A DNA stretch of 64,000 nucleotides from Fibrobacterota bacterium (GTDB lineage: Bacteria; Fibrobacterota; Fibrobacteria; UBA11236): positions 14,923 through 78,922 of the forward strand of contig CANIEU010000009.1 in assembly GCA_947466585.1 (NCBI GenBank), given 5' to 3'. Shown here in pieces: positions 20,474-31,021 of the stretch. The notes under the pieces are model-generated. The model was not told where the DNA came from, ran no database searches, and worked only from the letters and a program-made list of their open reading frames with translations. Every line of letters begins with the position of its first letter. Positions within the stretch are counted from its first letter, which is position 1. The position numbers and the translations under genes are program-made.

Positions 20474-21490
20474 TTAAACCTCTTTCGAATCGATCCACTT
20501 CATGTTCTTGCGAAGCTTGCGACCCACGACTTCGAGCGGGTGCTTCTTTTCCTTGGCTTCCCATGCGCGGAACTTCTTGCCACCGCTCTGGAGTTCCTTG
20601 AGGAAGTTCTTCGCGAAGGTGCCGTTCTGGATCTCCTTGAGGACCTTCTTCATCTCGGCCTTGGTCTTGGCGTTGACGATGCGCGGGCCGGTGACCATGT
20701 CGCCGTATTCGGCGGTGTTGGAAACGGAGTAGCGCATGTACGAGAGGCCACCCTGGTAGAACAGGTCGACGATGAGCTTGAGCTCATGCAAGCACTCGAA
20801 GTAGGCCAGCTCTTCCGGGTAGCCGCCTTCGGTGAGGGTCTCGAAGCCGGCCTTGACCAGTTCCGACACGCCGCCGCAGAGAACGGCCTGTTCGCCGAAC
20901 AAGTCGGTTTCGGTCTCGTTCTTGAAGCTGGTTTCGATGGCACCGGCGCGGAGGCCGCCCACACCGCGGGCGTGGGAGAGGGCAATGTCACGGGCTTTGC
21001 CGGAGGCGTTCTGCTGGATCGCGATCAAGCAAGGCACGCCGCCGCCCTTGAGGAATTCGCTGCGGACGAGGTGACCGGGTCCCTTGGGCGCGACCATAAT
21101 GACGTCGACATCCTTCGGGGGCTTGATGTTCTTAAAGTGGATATTGAATCCGTGCGAGAACACGAGCACCTTGCCCTTGGTGAGGTGGGGAAGGATGTCG
21201 GTCTCATAGACCGCCTTCTGCACTTCGTCGGGGAGGAGAATTTGGATCACGTCGGCCTTGGCAGCCGCTTCGGTGGCCGACACGAGCGTGGTACCGGCCT
21301 TGAAGCCGTGCTTGAGGGCGAGCTTGTAGTTGGCCGAACCCTTGCGCTGGCCGATGATGACCTTGACGCCGCTGTCGCGGAGGTTCTGCGCCTGGGCGTG
21401 GCCCTGGCTTCCGTAACCGATGACGGCTACCGTCTTGCCCTTGAGTGCTGCGCCCGTGCTGTCTTTGCTCGTGTAAACCTTCAATGCCAT
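20474..21490 (-). CDS. ilvC: Ketol-acid reductoisomerase (class I)
   Basis: [24 protein letters not shown] Rossmann motif and a knotted C-domain. Start at the internal ATG (MALKVY). Confidence 0.9.
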   Translation of the reverse strand: MALKVYTSKDSTGAALKGKTVAVIGYGSQGHAQAQNLRDSGVKVIIGQRKGSANYKLALKHGFKAGTTLVSATEAAAKADVIQILLPDEVQKAVYETDILPHLTKGKVLVFSHGFNIHFKNIKPPKDVDVIMVAPKGPGHLVRSEFLKGGGVPCLIAIQQNASGKARDIALSHARGVGGLRAGAIETSFKNETETDLFGEQAVLCGGVSELVKAGFETLTEGGYPEELAYFECLHELKLIVDLFYQGGLSYMRYSVSNTAEYGDMVTGPRIVNAKTKAEMKKVLKEIQNGTFAKNFLKELQSGGKKFRAWEAKEKKHPLEVVGRKLRKNMKWIDSKEV

Positions 21491-21612
21491 GGTCGAAACC
21501 TTTCGCGGAGTTAGGGGCGGAATAGTAGTAAAACGGGGGGAGCGGGGCATCCTGTTCAGGGGGCTGAAAACAGGCGCCTTCCGAGGCCGTTTCCGAGGTA
21601 ACTTTTCCCCCC

Positions 21613-22989
21613 ATGTTCGAACAGCTAACCGACAAACTGGACAACGTGTTCCGCCGCCTACGCGGGCAACACCAAATTACCGAAGAAAACGTCTCCGAAT
21701 CGCTCCGCGAAGTACGGGTGGCCTTGCTGGCCGCCGACGTGCACTTTCAGACGGTCAAGGAGTTCATCGCCGCAGTGAAGGCCAAGGCGCTAGGTGCCGA
21801 GGTGTTGGCCTCTGTGAGTCCGGGGCAGATGATCGTCAAGATCCTGCATGACGAAATGGTGACCTTGCTCGGTGGCCAATCCGAGGAGCCCCGTTTTGCG
21901 GGCAGCCCCCCGGTCGGCATTTTGATGATGGGTTTGCAGGGCTCGGGTAAAACCACCGCTTCGGGCAAACTGGCTATGTTGTTGCGCGACAAGTGGCATC
22001 GCAAGCCCCTATTAGTGGCGTGCGACGTGTACCGCCCCGCAGCCATCGAACAGCTCAAGGTGCTGGGGGCACAGCTTGGGGTGCCGGTGTACGACGAAGG
22101 CCTCGGTGATCCGGTGCGCATCGCGAAGAACGGATTGCAGGCCGCCCGCGAGCAGGGCTGCGACACGGTGATCTTCGACACCGCGGGCCGCTTGCAGATC
22201 GACGACGACCTCATGATCGAGCTGGAGAAAATCCAGGCGGCCGTGAAGCCTTCGGAGCGGTTCTTCGTCGCCGATGCGATGACCGGTCAAGAGGCGGTGA
22301 ACGTCGCCAAAACCTTTAACGACCGTCTCGACTTCACCGGTGTGATTTTAACCAAGATGGACGGCGATGCGCGCGGTGGTGCGGCCCTGTCGGTGAAATC
22401 GGTTACCGGCAAGCCGGTGCGCTACGTGGGTACAGGCGAAAAACTCGACGCGCTCGAACTTTTTCATCCCGACCGTATGGCTTCGCGCATCCTCGGCATG
22501 GGCGACGTGCTCACGCTCGTTGAAAAGGCGCAGGAAGTTTACGACGAGAAGGAAGCCAAACAGCTTCAAAAGAAGATGATGGGGAACAAGTTCGACCTGA
22601 ACGACTTCCTCATGCAGTTGCGCCAAATGAAAAAGATGGGATCGATGGCCGACATGATGGCGATGATCCCCGGCATGGGCAAGCTCGCGAACGCCAAAGT
22701 GGACGAGAGCAAACTCAAATACACCGAGGCCATTCTCAGTTCGATGACGGCGAAGGAACGCATCAGCCCGAAGATCATCGACGGGCGTCGCCGCTTCCGC
22801 ATCGCCGCCGGCAGCGGCACCACCTTGCAGGAAGTGAATCAGGTGCTCAAGCAGTTCGAGCAGATGCAGAAGATGATGAAGCAAGTTTCAGGCATGGCCG
22901 GCAAGGTGGGCGGCATGAAGCAGCTTCAAAAAATGATGCACAGTAAGGGCGGCGGCGGCGGTTTCCCCGGGCGATTCCCCGGAATGTAA
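21613..22989 (+). CDS. ffh: Signal recognition particle protein Ffh
   Basis: N/G domain motifs ([24 protein letters not shown]) and a Met-rich M domain. Confidence 0.95.
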   Translation: MFEQLTDKLDNVFRRLRGQHQITEENVSESLREVRVALLAADVHFQTVKEFIAAVKAKALGAEVLASVSPGQMIVKILHDEMVTLLGGQSEEPRFAGSPPVGILMMGLQGSGKTTASGKLAMLLRDKWHRKPLLVACDVYRPAAIEQLKVLGAQLGVPVYDEGLGDPVRIAKNGLQAAREQGCDTVIFDTAGRLQIDDDLMIELEKIQAAVKPSERFFVADAMTGQEAVNVAKTFNDRLDFTGVILTKMDGDARGGAALSVKSVTGKPVRYVGTGEKLDALELFHPDRMASRILGMGDVLTLVEKAQEVYDEKEAKQLQKKMMGNKFDLNDFLMQLRQMKKMGSMADMMAMIPGMGKLANAKVDESKLKYTEAILSSMTAKERISPKIIDGRRRFRIAAGSGTTLQEVNQVLKQFEQMQKMMKQVSGMAGKVGGMKQLQKMMHSKGGGGGFPGRFPGM

Positions 22990-23355
22990 GGGTGGCGGCC
23001 GTCCGCACTGCTTAGAAGGATTCCTTTGGCTTTTTGCGTGGAGCCGAGGTTGCAGTCTTCGGCGTCTTTGTTTCCGTCGATGCCGGCCAAATTGCAGACT
23101 CCGGGTTTGCGGAAAGAGGTCTCGGCTGGGGCCGAGAATAATTGGCTACCGAAAGCGGAAAACGGGCGAACGGAAAAAAACCGGGTTGATCGAGCCCGAC
23201 CGGCAACAAAATGTCATCGCCGGCTTCCAGCTGTTTGTCTGATTTTTGATGCGCCATGGTTTGTTCGCTCCTCATTCGAATGTTCCCGGAATTCTTCGGA
23301 TACCGGGTTGCCCCGGCAGGTTCTCGAACCCCGCTGCGTCGGCTATGCGGTCGAT

Positions 23356-24261
23356 CTAGCCGTACTTCTTGTTGAAATCGTCCACGGCCGTTTTGCATTG
23401 CTGCGTGGCGGGCCAGGCATTGGGCCAAAAGCACAGGTCTATGGTCCACCAGTCGTGCTTCACGCCGCCGTGCTGGGTTAGCTCCTGTAGCACCGGTCCG
23501 AAGTCGACATTGCCGTTGCCGATGGGCGTGTGCGTGCTGGTGCCGTGTTCATTGAGCGAACCATCGCAGTCGATCAATTGGATGGCGTTGATCTTGCCGC
23601 GCAGTTTTTTGGCCAGATCTAATACGCCGCCTTCGGAGACTTCTCTCTCACCGCCGGTCTGACGTAGGCCCACCACGGCGCAGGTATAGGCGTGGCAGGT
23701 GTCGAACATGGCGCCAAAGTTGGGTTCCTGCACCGCATCCACGATTTCGATGATGTCGCTGGGGCGGTTGAAGATGAAGCCGGGTTCGAACTCCCAGGTC
23801 ACGTCGATGCCCATGTCGGCGGCCATGCGGCACACCTGTTTCCAGGTCTTCACGATGCGGTCGCGCGCCACGTCCTTGCCAATGGTGTCCATCAGTTCGG
23901 GCGGTTGCACGGTGTCGACGCGGAACAGTGTGATGCCGAGATCCTTGGCGAACTCCAGATTCTTGCGCACCGTGGCGAGGTAGGCCTTGCCGCCGTCTTC
24001 GGCGTCCACCAGATGCTCGCTCCACATGTCACCGGCGATGCCCGAGAACTGCAGGCCATTCGACTCGACGAGATCCTTGAGGGTTTGACGCGATTCCTTG
24101 GTGGGATGATTGTCGGGTTTGGGATGCGATCCGAACGCGCCGAGTTCGAGGCCGTCGAACTTCATGTCGCTGAGTCCTTCGACAACGGTGCGGAAGGGAA
24201 TGGGTTTCTCGGCGTAGGGGCCCACGGAATAGGCCCATGTTCCGATCGATACCTTGTGCAT
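23356..24261 (-). CDS. Sugar phosphate isomerase/epimerase (xylose-isomerase-like TIM barrel)
   Basis: TIM-barrel family signatures (ITLFRVDT, WEFEP, FDTCHA). Start at the internal ATG (MHKVSIG). Confidence 0.7.
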   Translation of the reverse strand: MHKVSIGTWAYSVGPYAEKPIPFRTVVEGLSDMKFDGLELGAFGSHPKPDNHPTKESRQTLKDLVESNGLQFSGIAGDMWSEHLVDAEDGGKAYLATVRKNLEFAKDLGITLFRVDTVQPPELMDTIGKDVARDRIVKTWKQVCRMAADMGIDVTWEFEPGFIFNRPSDIIEIVDAVQEPNFGAMFDTCHAYTCAVVGLRQTGGEREVSEGGVLDLAKKLRGKINAIQLIDCDGSLNEHGTSTHTPIGNGNVDFGPVLQELTQHGGVKHDWWTIDLCFWPNAWPATQQCKTAVDDFNKKYG

Positions 24262-24441
24262 CTGCTCTGTCTCCTGAATCAAAAGTGGTGACGTCTAGTG
24301 ATTGTACCGGAAATCAGCGCGCGATGTGGTAGTAATTGCGGAACTATGGGTATTATTTCGGCGTCGAAACAAACCGACTTCCGTCGCCATCCGTTGCGAG
24401 GGAGGCCAAAAGTTGTATCATAAGGGTATTTTTCGGGCACT

Positions 24442-25191
24442 ATGAAACCAGACGTTTTCAAACGGGAGTTCCTCGATTCGCTTGACAGTCTCGGCGGACT
24501 GGAGGAGTTGTTCGAGAACCTTCCCAACCTTTGGTTCTTCGTGAAGGATACCGAAGGGCGTTTTATTACGGCCAATCAGAACGTGGTCAAGATGTGCGGG
24601 CAGCGCACAGTGGCCGACTTGGTGGGGCGCACCGACTTCGAGTTCTTTCCCAAGCACAATGCGGAAGCCTTTCAGCGCGATGATCTGTCGGTGGTCAAGT
24701 CCGGGGTGAAGATCGTGGACCGAGTCGAACCGATCTCGAACGAAGACGGCAGCATCCGGTGGTACACGACCAACAAGATTCCGCTGTTCGGCCGCGACGG
24801 TTCCGTGATCGGCGTGGCGGGCACAACCCGGGAACTCGATGCAGACCACAACCCCGACCCGGTGTACGCCGAGTTTTCGGGGGTGATCGACCATATCAAC
24901 AGGAACTTTTCACAATCCATTGAAATTGAAAGCCTTGCAAAAATGATGTCGCTCTCGGTCAGCCAGTTCGAGCGGCGGTTCAAGGCGGTTTTCCAGGAAG
25001 CTCCGGTACGGTTCATTTTGAAAATCCGAGTGAGCGAGGCCTGTAAACAGCTGGTCAACTCGCGCAAGCCGGTGTCGTGGATCGCCCGGGCAACGGGGTT
25101 TTTCGACCAGAGCTATTTCTCAAAGCAGTTCTCCCGTCGCATGGGGGTGACGCCGCGCCAGTATCGGGAGAAGTATTACCAAGGGTCTTGA
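24442..25191 (+). CDS. PAS-domain AraC-family transcriptional regulator
   Basis: N-terminal PAS-like fold (FFVKDTEGRFITANQ...SGV...WYTTNKIPL), then a C-terminal AraC HTH (SLAKMMSLSVSQFERRFK...SWIARATGFFDQSYFSKQFSRRMGVTPRQYR). Confidence 0.75.
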   Translation: MKPDVFKREFLDSLDSLGGLEELFENLPNLWFFVKDTEGRFITANQNVVKMCGQRTVADLVGRTDFEFFPKHNAEAFQRDDLSVVKSGVKIVDRVEPISNEDGSIRWYTTNKIPLFGRDGSVIGVAGTTRELDADHNPDPVYAEFSGVIDHINRNFSQSIEIESLAKMMSLSVSQFERRFKAVFQEAPVRFILKIRVSEACKQLVNSRKPVSWIARATGFFDQSYFSKQFSRRMGVTPRQYREKYYQGS

Positions 25192-25427
25192 CTTGCTTCT
25201 GCGGGGGTGGTGTCAAATTCCGGTCCGTTCATTTGATTCATTACAGGAATCGTCCGGCGCATAAATTTCGCCGAAAAGTCGAATTCGGTCCCGATTCAAG
25301 CGGCAAAAAAAGCGCCTCCGGCATAGATTCAGCAATACGTGAGGGGGTCCATCGATCCCCTTGTTCCGATCCGTACCATCCGGATCTTCAGGATCGTATG
25401 CGGGGGTTTTCCCCGGGAGAGTTTCAA

Positions 25428-27248
25428 ATGCATCACAATCATTTTTTTACCACCGCATTTACTGCGACTGCATTTGCCACCGTGCTCGGACTTTCGATTC
25501 CGGCGAGCGCCCAGTTTACTTACAACGGTTGTTCCGCGCTCTCTTCCTCCGAATTTTCGAGTCAGGAACTCTTCAACCGGCGCGGCGGAGCGGGTTTGCT
25601 CACGCCCTTCGCCCGTGACTCGGTCGCCGAACCCACCTACATGGCGGTGCAGGGAATCTATAGCGGCGACAGCGTGATCGGCACGAACGTGTACTTCGTC
25701 GAACGCAAGGGCAAGGTCAAGTTTTACGACGGCGTTGCCAAGCGCGTCGACAGTGTCGGCTACATCCCCAACTGGGCGGGCCAATCGGGTGCAGGCAACA
25801 ATAACGACAACGGCCTGATGGGTATCGCTCTAGATCCCGCCTTCGCGACCAACAAGCGCATCTATTTCTGGTACTCGCCTACACTCAGCAACACAAGCGC
25901 GAACCGGCGCCTGCGTCTCTCGCGCATCACTCTGAACGACCAGAACAAGCTAAACATGGCCTCCGAACAGATTCTGATCGACATCAAGGCCAGCAAAACC
26001 GACCAATGGCACAGCGGCGGCCCGATGACGTTCGACGCTTACGGTGACCTGTGGCTCACCATTGGCAACAACACCGTGGACGTCACCACCGGCGGGGGAC
26101 AGTACTCCACCACCGACAGCAGTGCCAGCGCCGAATGGGGCTCTTCGAATACCGCCAACCTCCGCGGCGGCGTGCTTCGCATCCACCCAGACGAATCCGT
26201 CCGCGGCTACACGATTCCCGCAGGTAACTTCGGCGAATACTGGGCCAACTATTTCGAGGGCAAGGGCAATACCACGCTCGCCGCGCAGTACCGCGACACC
26301 GCCCTTGTGAAGCCCGAGATCTACGTGAAGGGTACGCGCAGCAACTATTCCATCGCCGTGCATCCCACGCGCCGTTGGCTCGCCTGGGGCGAGGTGAATT
26401 ACAACGCCGCCGACGACGAGTTCAATCTGCTCTCGGCCCCCGCCTTCACAGGCTTCCCTTACTGGCATGGCAACAACGTGGTACTTCCGCGACCAGGCAC
26501 CGTGGCCGCCAAAGACACCGCCGCGCCCACCAACCTCTCGCCTTTCAACTCGGGAGTCACAACCCTGCCGCCGGTCAAACGCCCGGTGATGTGGTACGGT
26601 ACCTCCATCACCGCAACCACGCTGAGCAACAGCAACGTGGCCATCGGCGGCCCCATCTACGTCTATGACGCTTCGCTCAAGGCCGCGGGCAAATTCCCGC
26701 CGCACCTGCATCATCACTGGGTGACCATGAGCGAGCTCAGCAGCCAGATGTGGATCACCGGACAGATCGATTCCTCCACGGTGACGCTCACGGGTACACC
26801 CACACGCGTCGACAACGGCATCTTCAACAAAACCTTGCGCCAGCCCATTCAGGCGCAGTTCGGCCCCGATGGCGCACTGTACGTGTTGTTCTATGGCAGC
26901 GGGTCCAACTACGCCATCGGCAACTCGGGCGTGGTGCGCATCGCCTACACCGGAACCTGCTTGCCCGTTGGCACCGCCATCCGCAACGACCGCCTCGCCG
27001 GCGGTGTCGAGGGTTCGCGCATCGCCGTCTCGTTTGAAGGCAATGCGCTTCGCATCCAGGAACCAGGCAACCACGTGTTCACGCTGCAAGACGTTTCGGG
27101 CCGCGAATTGTTCCGCCGCAACGGAGCGATGGGTGCGGAGTACCGTCTCGACGCACTGCGCGGCAACCTGAACCTGGGCACCGGCGTTTACACCCTGCGG
27201 GTGCGCACCAACCGCGGCACTTTCGTCCGCAACGTCTCGTTCTTTTAA
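25428..27248 (+). CDS. Secreted beta-propeller protein (soluble glucose/sorbosone dehydrogenase-like fold) with T9SS C-terminal sorting domain
   Basis: Signal peptide MHHNHFFTTAFTATAFATVLGLSIPASA. Dehydrogenase-like blades (GLMGIALDPAF...IYFWYS, HSGGPMTFDAYGDLWLTIGN, LRGGVLRIHPD). C-terminal ~80 aa match the Por-secretion CTD pattern. Confidence 0.65.
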   Translation: MHHNHFFTTAFTATAFATVLGLSIPASAQFTYNGCSALSSSEFSSQELFNRRGGAGLLTPFARDSVAEPTYMAVQGIYSGDSVIGTNVYFVERKGKVKFYDGVAKRVDSVGYIPNWAGQSGAGNNNDNGLMGIALDPAFATNKRIYFWYSPTLSNTSANRRLRLSRITLNDQNKLNMASEQILIDIKASKTDQWHSGGPMTFDAYGDLWLTIGNNTVDVTTGGGQYSTTDSSASAEWGSSNTANLRGGVLRIHPDESVRGYTIPAGNFGEYWANYFEGKGNTTLAAQYRDTALVKPEIYVKGTRSNYSIAVHPTRRWLAWGEVNYNAADDEFNLLSAPAFTGFPYWHGNNVVLPRPGTVAAKDTAAPTNLSPFNSGVTTLPPVKRPVMWYGTSITATTLSNSNVAIGGPIYVYDASLKAAGKFPPHLHHHWVTMSELSSQMWITGQIDSSTVTLTGTPTRVDNGIFNKTLRQPIQAQFGPDGALYVLFYGSGSNYAIGNSGVVRIAYTGTCLPVGTAIRNDRLAGGVEGSRIAVSFEGNALRIQEPGNHVFTLQDVSGRELFRRNGAMGAEYRLDALRGNLNLGTGVYTLRVRTNRGTFVRNVSFF

Positions 27249-27265
27249 GCGCGCGGTAGAGTGAC

Positions 27266-28108
27266 ATGGCCAACATCCGTTTTACCTGCGAAACCTACGC
27301 CTGGATCATGTGCGGCGACACCTTTATCGGTAAGATCGATCACATGGCCGACACGGCTTCGCAAGCCGGTTTTCAGGGTCTAGAGCCCATGAACCTGCAA
27401 CTCGGGCCCTTCTGGGATCACGCCAAGTTGAAGGACGCGCTTGATGCCCGCAACATCCGGTTGTCCTCCGTGGCGCTGGTGTGCGACTGGTTGGGTGATG
27501 GCGAGTCCTCCGCCGAGCGCGCCGAAGCCGACAAGATGATGGATCTCATTCAGAGCTTTCCGTACGATGTGCTGCTCATGCCCGTGCAGATGCCGCAGAA
27601 GAACCGGGACAACCTCGACCTGCGCCAAAAGAACTTCATCACCTGCGTCAACGGGCTCGCCCGCCGCGCGGCAAACCGTGGCATCGTCAGTTCGTACCAC
27701 CCCAACTCGCCCGACGGCTCGATCTTCCGCACGCGCGAAGATTACGACAAGCTGTTGCCGCGCCTCGACCGCGATGCGCTGGGTTGGACTCCCGACGTCG
27801 GCCACATCGCCAAGGGCGGCATGGATCCGGTCGTGCTCATCCGCGAATACCGCAGCCTGGTGAACCATATCCACTTCAAGGATATGTTCGCTGACGGCAC
27901 CTGGGCTCAAACGGGTGAGGGCGACATCGACTTCAAAAGCGTCATCGATGATCTGGTCAAAACCGACTTCGCCGGCTGGGTTGTGTTCGAGGACGAATGC
28001 GATGACGCCATCGGCGACCCGGACGGGGTCACGCTCAAGGACGGCATCTACATCCGCGACACCGTAAAATCGTGGATTCCGGCGGAAGCCCTCGCATCAT
28101 TCAGCTGA
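27266..28108 (+). CDS. Sugar phosphate isomerase/epimerase family protein (TIM barrel)
   Basis: Xylose-isomerase-like TIM-barrel motifs (HIHFKD, WVVFE). Confidence 0.65.
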   Translation: MANIRFTCETYAWIMCGDTFIGKIDHMADTASQAGFQGLEPMNLQLGPFWDHAKLKDALDARNIRLSSVALVCDWLGDGESSAERAEADKMMDLIQSFPYDVLLMPVQMPQKNRDNLDLRQKNFITCVNGLARRAANRGIVSSYHPNSPDGSIFRTREDYDKLLPRLDRDALGWTPDVGHIAKGGMDPVVLIREYRSLVNHIHFKDMFADGTWAQTGEGDIDFKSVIDDLVKTDFAGWVVFEDECDDAIGDPDGVTLKDGIYIRDTVKSWIPAEALASFS

Positions 28109-28262
28109 ATTCGACAGTTTTCGGCCCGATCCAGCCGTTTTAGAGGGGATTCGCGGGTTCAAAAGGGGAGAGGGTCGAATACCTTTCCGGGCGCAGCCGG
28201 GAACCGGTACCCCCTGGAGACTCGAAAACCCCGTAATTACGCAAAGAATACCGATCCTATCC

Positions 28263-28290
28263 TTGCAAATTCGTCCCCTTTTTCTACACT
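28263..28290 (+). promoter_or_regulatory. Sigma-70-type promoter for rpsP
   Basis: TTGCAA (28263-28268), 16-nt spacer, TACACT (28285-28290), about 30 nt upstream of the rpsP start. Confidence 0.55.
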
Positions 28291-28323
28291 TTGCCCTCCA
28301 ATTCCGAATTCGGGAGTAATACT

Positions 28324-28881
28324 TTGGCCGTTGTCATTCGCCTCGCCCGCATGGGCAAAACGCACAAGCCGTTCTATCGCATCACCGTCGCGGACTCGCG
28401 TGCGGCCGCCACCGGCAAGTTCCTCGAGCAAATCGGACACTACGATCCGAACCTGAACCCGCCGGCCATCAAGGTCGACGAGGCCAGCGCGCTCAAATGG
28501 CTCAAGAACGGCGCCCAGCCGAGCGACACCGTGCGCTCGCTGTTCTACCGTCAGGGTTTGATGGAGAAGTCGACGCTGACCCGCAAGGGCAAGGCTTCGG
28601 CCGATTCCGCGCTCAAGACCCGCGAATCCTTCCAGGCCAAGAAGCCCAAGGTGCACAAGAAGGCCAAGGAGAAGGCAGAAGCCAACGCCAAGGCCGCTGA
28701 AGCCGCCGCTGCTGCTGAAGCCAAGGCTGCTGCTGAAGCCAAAGCCGCCGCCGAAGCTGCTGCTGCCGCAGAAGCCGCAGCCGCTACCGCTGCTGCTGAA
28801 GAAGCCAAGGCTGCTGCCGAAGCACCGGCCGCCGAAGCTCCCGCTGCTGCTGCTGAAGAAGCCGCTCCGGCCGCCGAGTAA
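28324..28881 (+). CDS. rpsP: 30S ribosomal protein S16 with ~90-aa Ala/Lys/Glu-rich C-terminal extension
   Basis: LAVVIRLARMGKTHKPFYRITVADSRAAATGKFLEQIGHYDP is the S16 core. A TTG start at 28324 matches the canonical N-terminus; an upstream ATG at 28291 is the alternative. The tail is the KAAAEAAAA repeats. Confidence 0.85.
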   Translation: MAVVIRLARMGKTHKPFYRITVADSRAAATGKFLEQIGHYDPNLNPPAIKVDEASALKWLKNGAQPSDTVRSLFYRQGLMEKSTLTRKGKASADSALKTRESFQAKKPKVHKKAKEKAEANAKAAEAAAAAEAKAAAEAKAAAEAAAAAEAAAATAAAEEAKAAAEAPAAEAPAAAAEEAAPAAE

Positions 28882-28911
28882 CGCATTCTCCGGTTCGCCG
28901 GAAATCTTTAA

Positions 28912-28943
28912 AGCCGTCGGAGCGATCCGGCGGCTTTTTTGTT
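28912..28943 (+). terminator. Rho-independent terminator downstream of rpsP
   Basis: gccgtcgg-agcgat-ccggcggc followed by T6. Confidence 0.6.
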
Positions 28944-28986
28944 GCCCCCGGATTCCAAAAGCCGAATTCTTAACTTCCAGCACGTC

Positions 28987-29589
28987 ATGAAATCCTATCA
29001 CATCACCTTGGGCATCCTCGCGCTGTTCCTGCTGGTATCCTTCCCGGGTGCGCACGATCGCGTGACCTGGTGGCTTGAAGTCTTTCCGATCTTCCTGGCT
29101 GCGCCCGTGGTGTGGCATTTCGGACGCAGCGGGCGACTCAGCCCGTTTCTGCAGGGTGTGATCGTCTTCCACGCGCTCATCCTCTGTATCGGCGGTCATT
29201 ACACCTACGCGCTCGCGCCGCCGGGGGAGTGGGTCCGCGATCTAGGCATCGGAATGCGCAACAACTACGACAAGCTCGGGCATTTCATGCAGGGCGTCAC
29301 CCCGGTGATCGCGATCCGCGAAATCCTGATGAGGCAGAATCGCTGGGAGCCGAATACAGGCTTCATGGCCACGCTGGCTGTGCTCGCCGCAGGCGGCATC
29401 AGTGCCGTATACAAGGTTGTGGAAATGATCGCCGCCTTGGTTATGGGCGGCGGGGCCGATGCCTTTTTGGGGACGCAAGGTTTTGTTTGGGACACCCAAA
29501 CCGACATGGCCACCGCCTTGGTCGGCGCCCTATTCGCGGTGTTGTTGTTCTCCAAAACGCACCTGCGCTCTATGACTGCTTCCGAATAG
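28987..29589 (+). CDS. DUF2238-family (YjdF-like) membrane protein
   Basis: Multi-TM protein whose conserved core (CIGGHYTYA..P.G.W) is typical of DUF2238. Start chosen at ATG 28987 (MKSYHITLG). Confidence 0.6.
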   Translation: MKSYHITLGILALFLLVSFPGAHDRVTWWLEVFPIFLAAPVVWHFGRSGRLSPFLQGVIVFHALILCIGGHYTYALAPPGEWVRDLGIGMRNNYDKLGHFMQGVTPVIAIREILMRQNRWEPNTGFMATLAVLAAGGISAVYKVVEMIAALVMGGGADAFLGTQGFVWDTQTDMATALVGALFAVLLFSKTHLRSMTASE

Positions 29590-29652
29590 CGAATTCCGAT
29601 CCGCCGAAGGTGGATCGATCTTCGGCGGACTTCGGGGCTTCGCCCCTCAGCT

Positions 29653-29692
29653 TCCAACAACCTACTACCTACTACCTCCTACCTACTACTTT
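29653..29692. repeat. Solo CTACC-type repeat arm (half element of the GGTAG/CTACC family)
   Basis: cctactacctactacctcctacctactac. No partner arm within ~200 nt. Confidence 0.6.
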
Positions 29693-29698
29693 TTACCT

Positions 29699-30226
29699 AT
29701 GCCTGTTCTTCCTAACGATTACACGCTTGTCGGCGTCTTGCAAAAACCCTACGGCCTGCTCGGCGACATGAAGGTGCGCCCTGAGACCTTCGACTTCGCT
29801 CGTCACGAAACCCTCAAGCGGGTCTTCGCCCGCAACCACGCCGGTGACATCACCGAGCTCGAGGTGCGCGCCACGCGCGGCGACAGTCAGTTCTGGTATC
29901 TCAAGTTCGAAGGTCGCCGCACCCCCGAATCGCTAATCGAATTGTGCGGTCAGGAGCTGTTGATCGACTCTGCGGAGCGTTTGCCGCTTCCCGAGGGCAT
30001 GGTGTACTTCTCCGAGCTGCCGGGCATGCGCGTGCACGACGAGCGCGGCGAAGACATCGGCGAAATTCTCGAAGTGCGTGAAACCGGACCGGTGGAATAT
30101 CTCGCGGTGCGTTCGGTCAAAGGCGAACTCCTGGTTCCCTGGACCGACCACTTCGTCAAGAAAATCGACAAGCAAACCCGTATCGTGCACATGGATTTGG
30201 CCGAGTTGCGCGGCGTGATCCTCTAG
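29699..30226 (+). CDS. rimM: 16S rRNA processing protein RimM
   Basis: RimM N-domain (LVGVLQKPYGLLGDMKV) and a PRC-barrel C-domain. Confidence 0.85.
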   Translation: MPVLPNDYTLVGVLQKPYGLLGDMKVRPETFDFARHETLKRVFARNHAGDITELEVRATRGDSQFWYLKFEGRRTPESLIELCGQELLIDSAERLPLPEGMVYFSELPGMRVHDERGEDIGEILEVRETGPVEYLAVRSVKGELLVPWTDHFVKKIDKQTRIVHMDLAELRGVIL

Positions 30227-30229
30227 CCC

Positions 30230-31021
30230 ATGCGCATAGACGTCATCACGCTTTTCCCTGAAATGTTCGAGGCACTCAGCGCCAGCATTCCGGGGCGCGC
30301 CATGACGGCGGGGGCGCTGGAATTACACACGCATCAACTGCGGAACCACGCCATTAACAAGCACAACCAGGTCGACGACGCCCCCTACGGTGGCGAAGCG
30401 GGCATGGTGCTGCGGCCCGAACCGTTGCGCGACGCGCTGCAAGCCCTGCTGGCAAACGTTTCCGAACCCGATACGCTCCCGGGCGCTGCCCGGGAAAAGC
30501 CCCGCGTGATTCTGATGAGCGCGCAGGGGAGACTGCTCGATCAACAACGCGCCGCCGAAATCGCTGCGATGGAGCGCGTGGTTCTCGTCTGCGGACATTA
30601 CAAGGGTGTGGATCAGCGCTTCGTCGACACCTACGTCGACGAGCAAATCTGCGTCGGTGAATACGTGCTCTCGGGCGGAGAATTGCCCGCCATGGTGTTG
30701 ATCGATGCCGTGGCGCGCCTGTTGCCCGGCGTGATCGGCGATATCGAATCCGCCGACACCGATTCGTTTGCGCGCCCGGGTCGACTGGGTTGGCCGGTGT
30801 ATACGCGCCCCGCCCACTTCGAAGGAAAAAGCGCTCCCGAAGTTTTGCTTTCGGGGCATCACGCCCTGATCGAAACCTGGCGGACGCTCGAAAGTTTGCG
30901 GCTTACCCGCGAGAACCGACCCGACTTGTTGGAGCGTTTTCCGGTAACCCAAGCCGAGCAAAACCTGATGGATCCGCCCCGGAAGAAGCGTAAATCCCGC
31001 CGTCCGGCCACTGGAGAATAA
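30230..31021 (+). CDS. trmD: tRNA (guanine37-N1)-methyltransferase TrmD, basic C-terminal tail
   Basis: MRIDVITLFPEMF, DDAPYGGEAGMV and SGG..PAMVLIDA are present. The extra DPPRKKRKSRRPATGE tail is unusual. Confidence 0.9.
   Translation: MRIDVITLFPEMFEALSASIPGRAMTAGALELHTHQLRNHAINKHNQVDDAPYGGEAGMVLRPEPLRDALQALLANVSEPDTLPGAAREKPRVILMSAQGRLLDQQRAAEIAAMERVVLVCGHYKGVDQRFVDTYVDEQICVGEYVLSGGELPAMVLIDAVARLLPGVIGDIESADTDSFARPGRLGWPVYTRPAHFEGKSAPEVLLSGHHALIETWRTLESLRLTRENRPDLLERFPVTQAEQNLMDPPRKKRKSRRPATGE

Noticed and set aside
23012-23481. Overlapping ORFs 23012-23449- and 23026-23481+ between ffh and the isomerase gene
   Set aside because: They are mutually overlapping and have no codon bias or homology. 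The region is treated as non-coding (possible sRNA, see findings).
28237-29199. 320-aa minus-strand ORF overlapping the rpsP tail, and a 111-aa ORF 28551-28886-
   Set aside because: These are antisense to the Ala/Glu-rich S16 tail. The low-complexity repeat DNA keeps several frames open.
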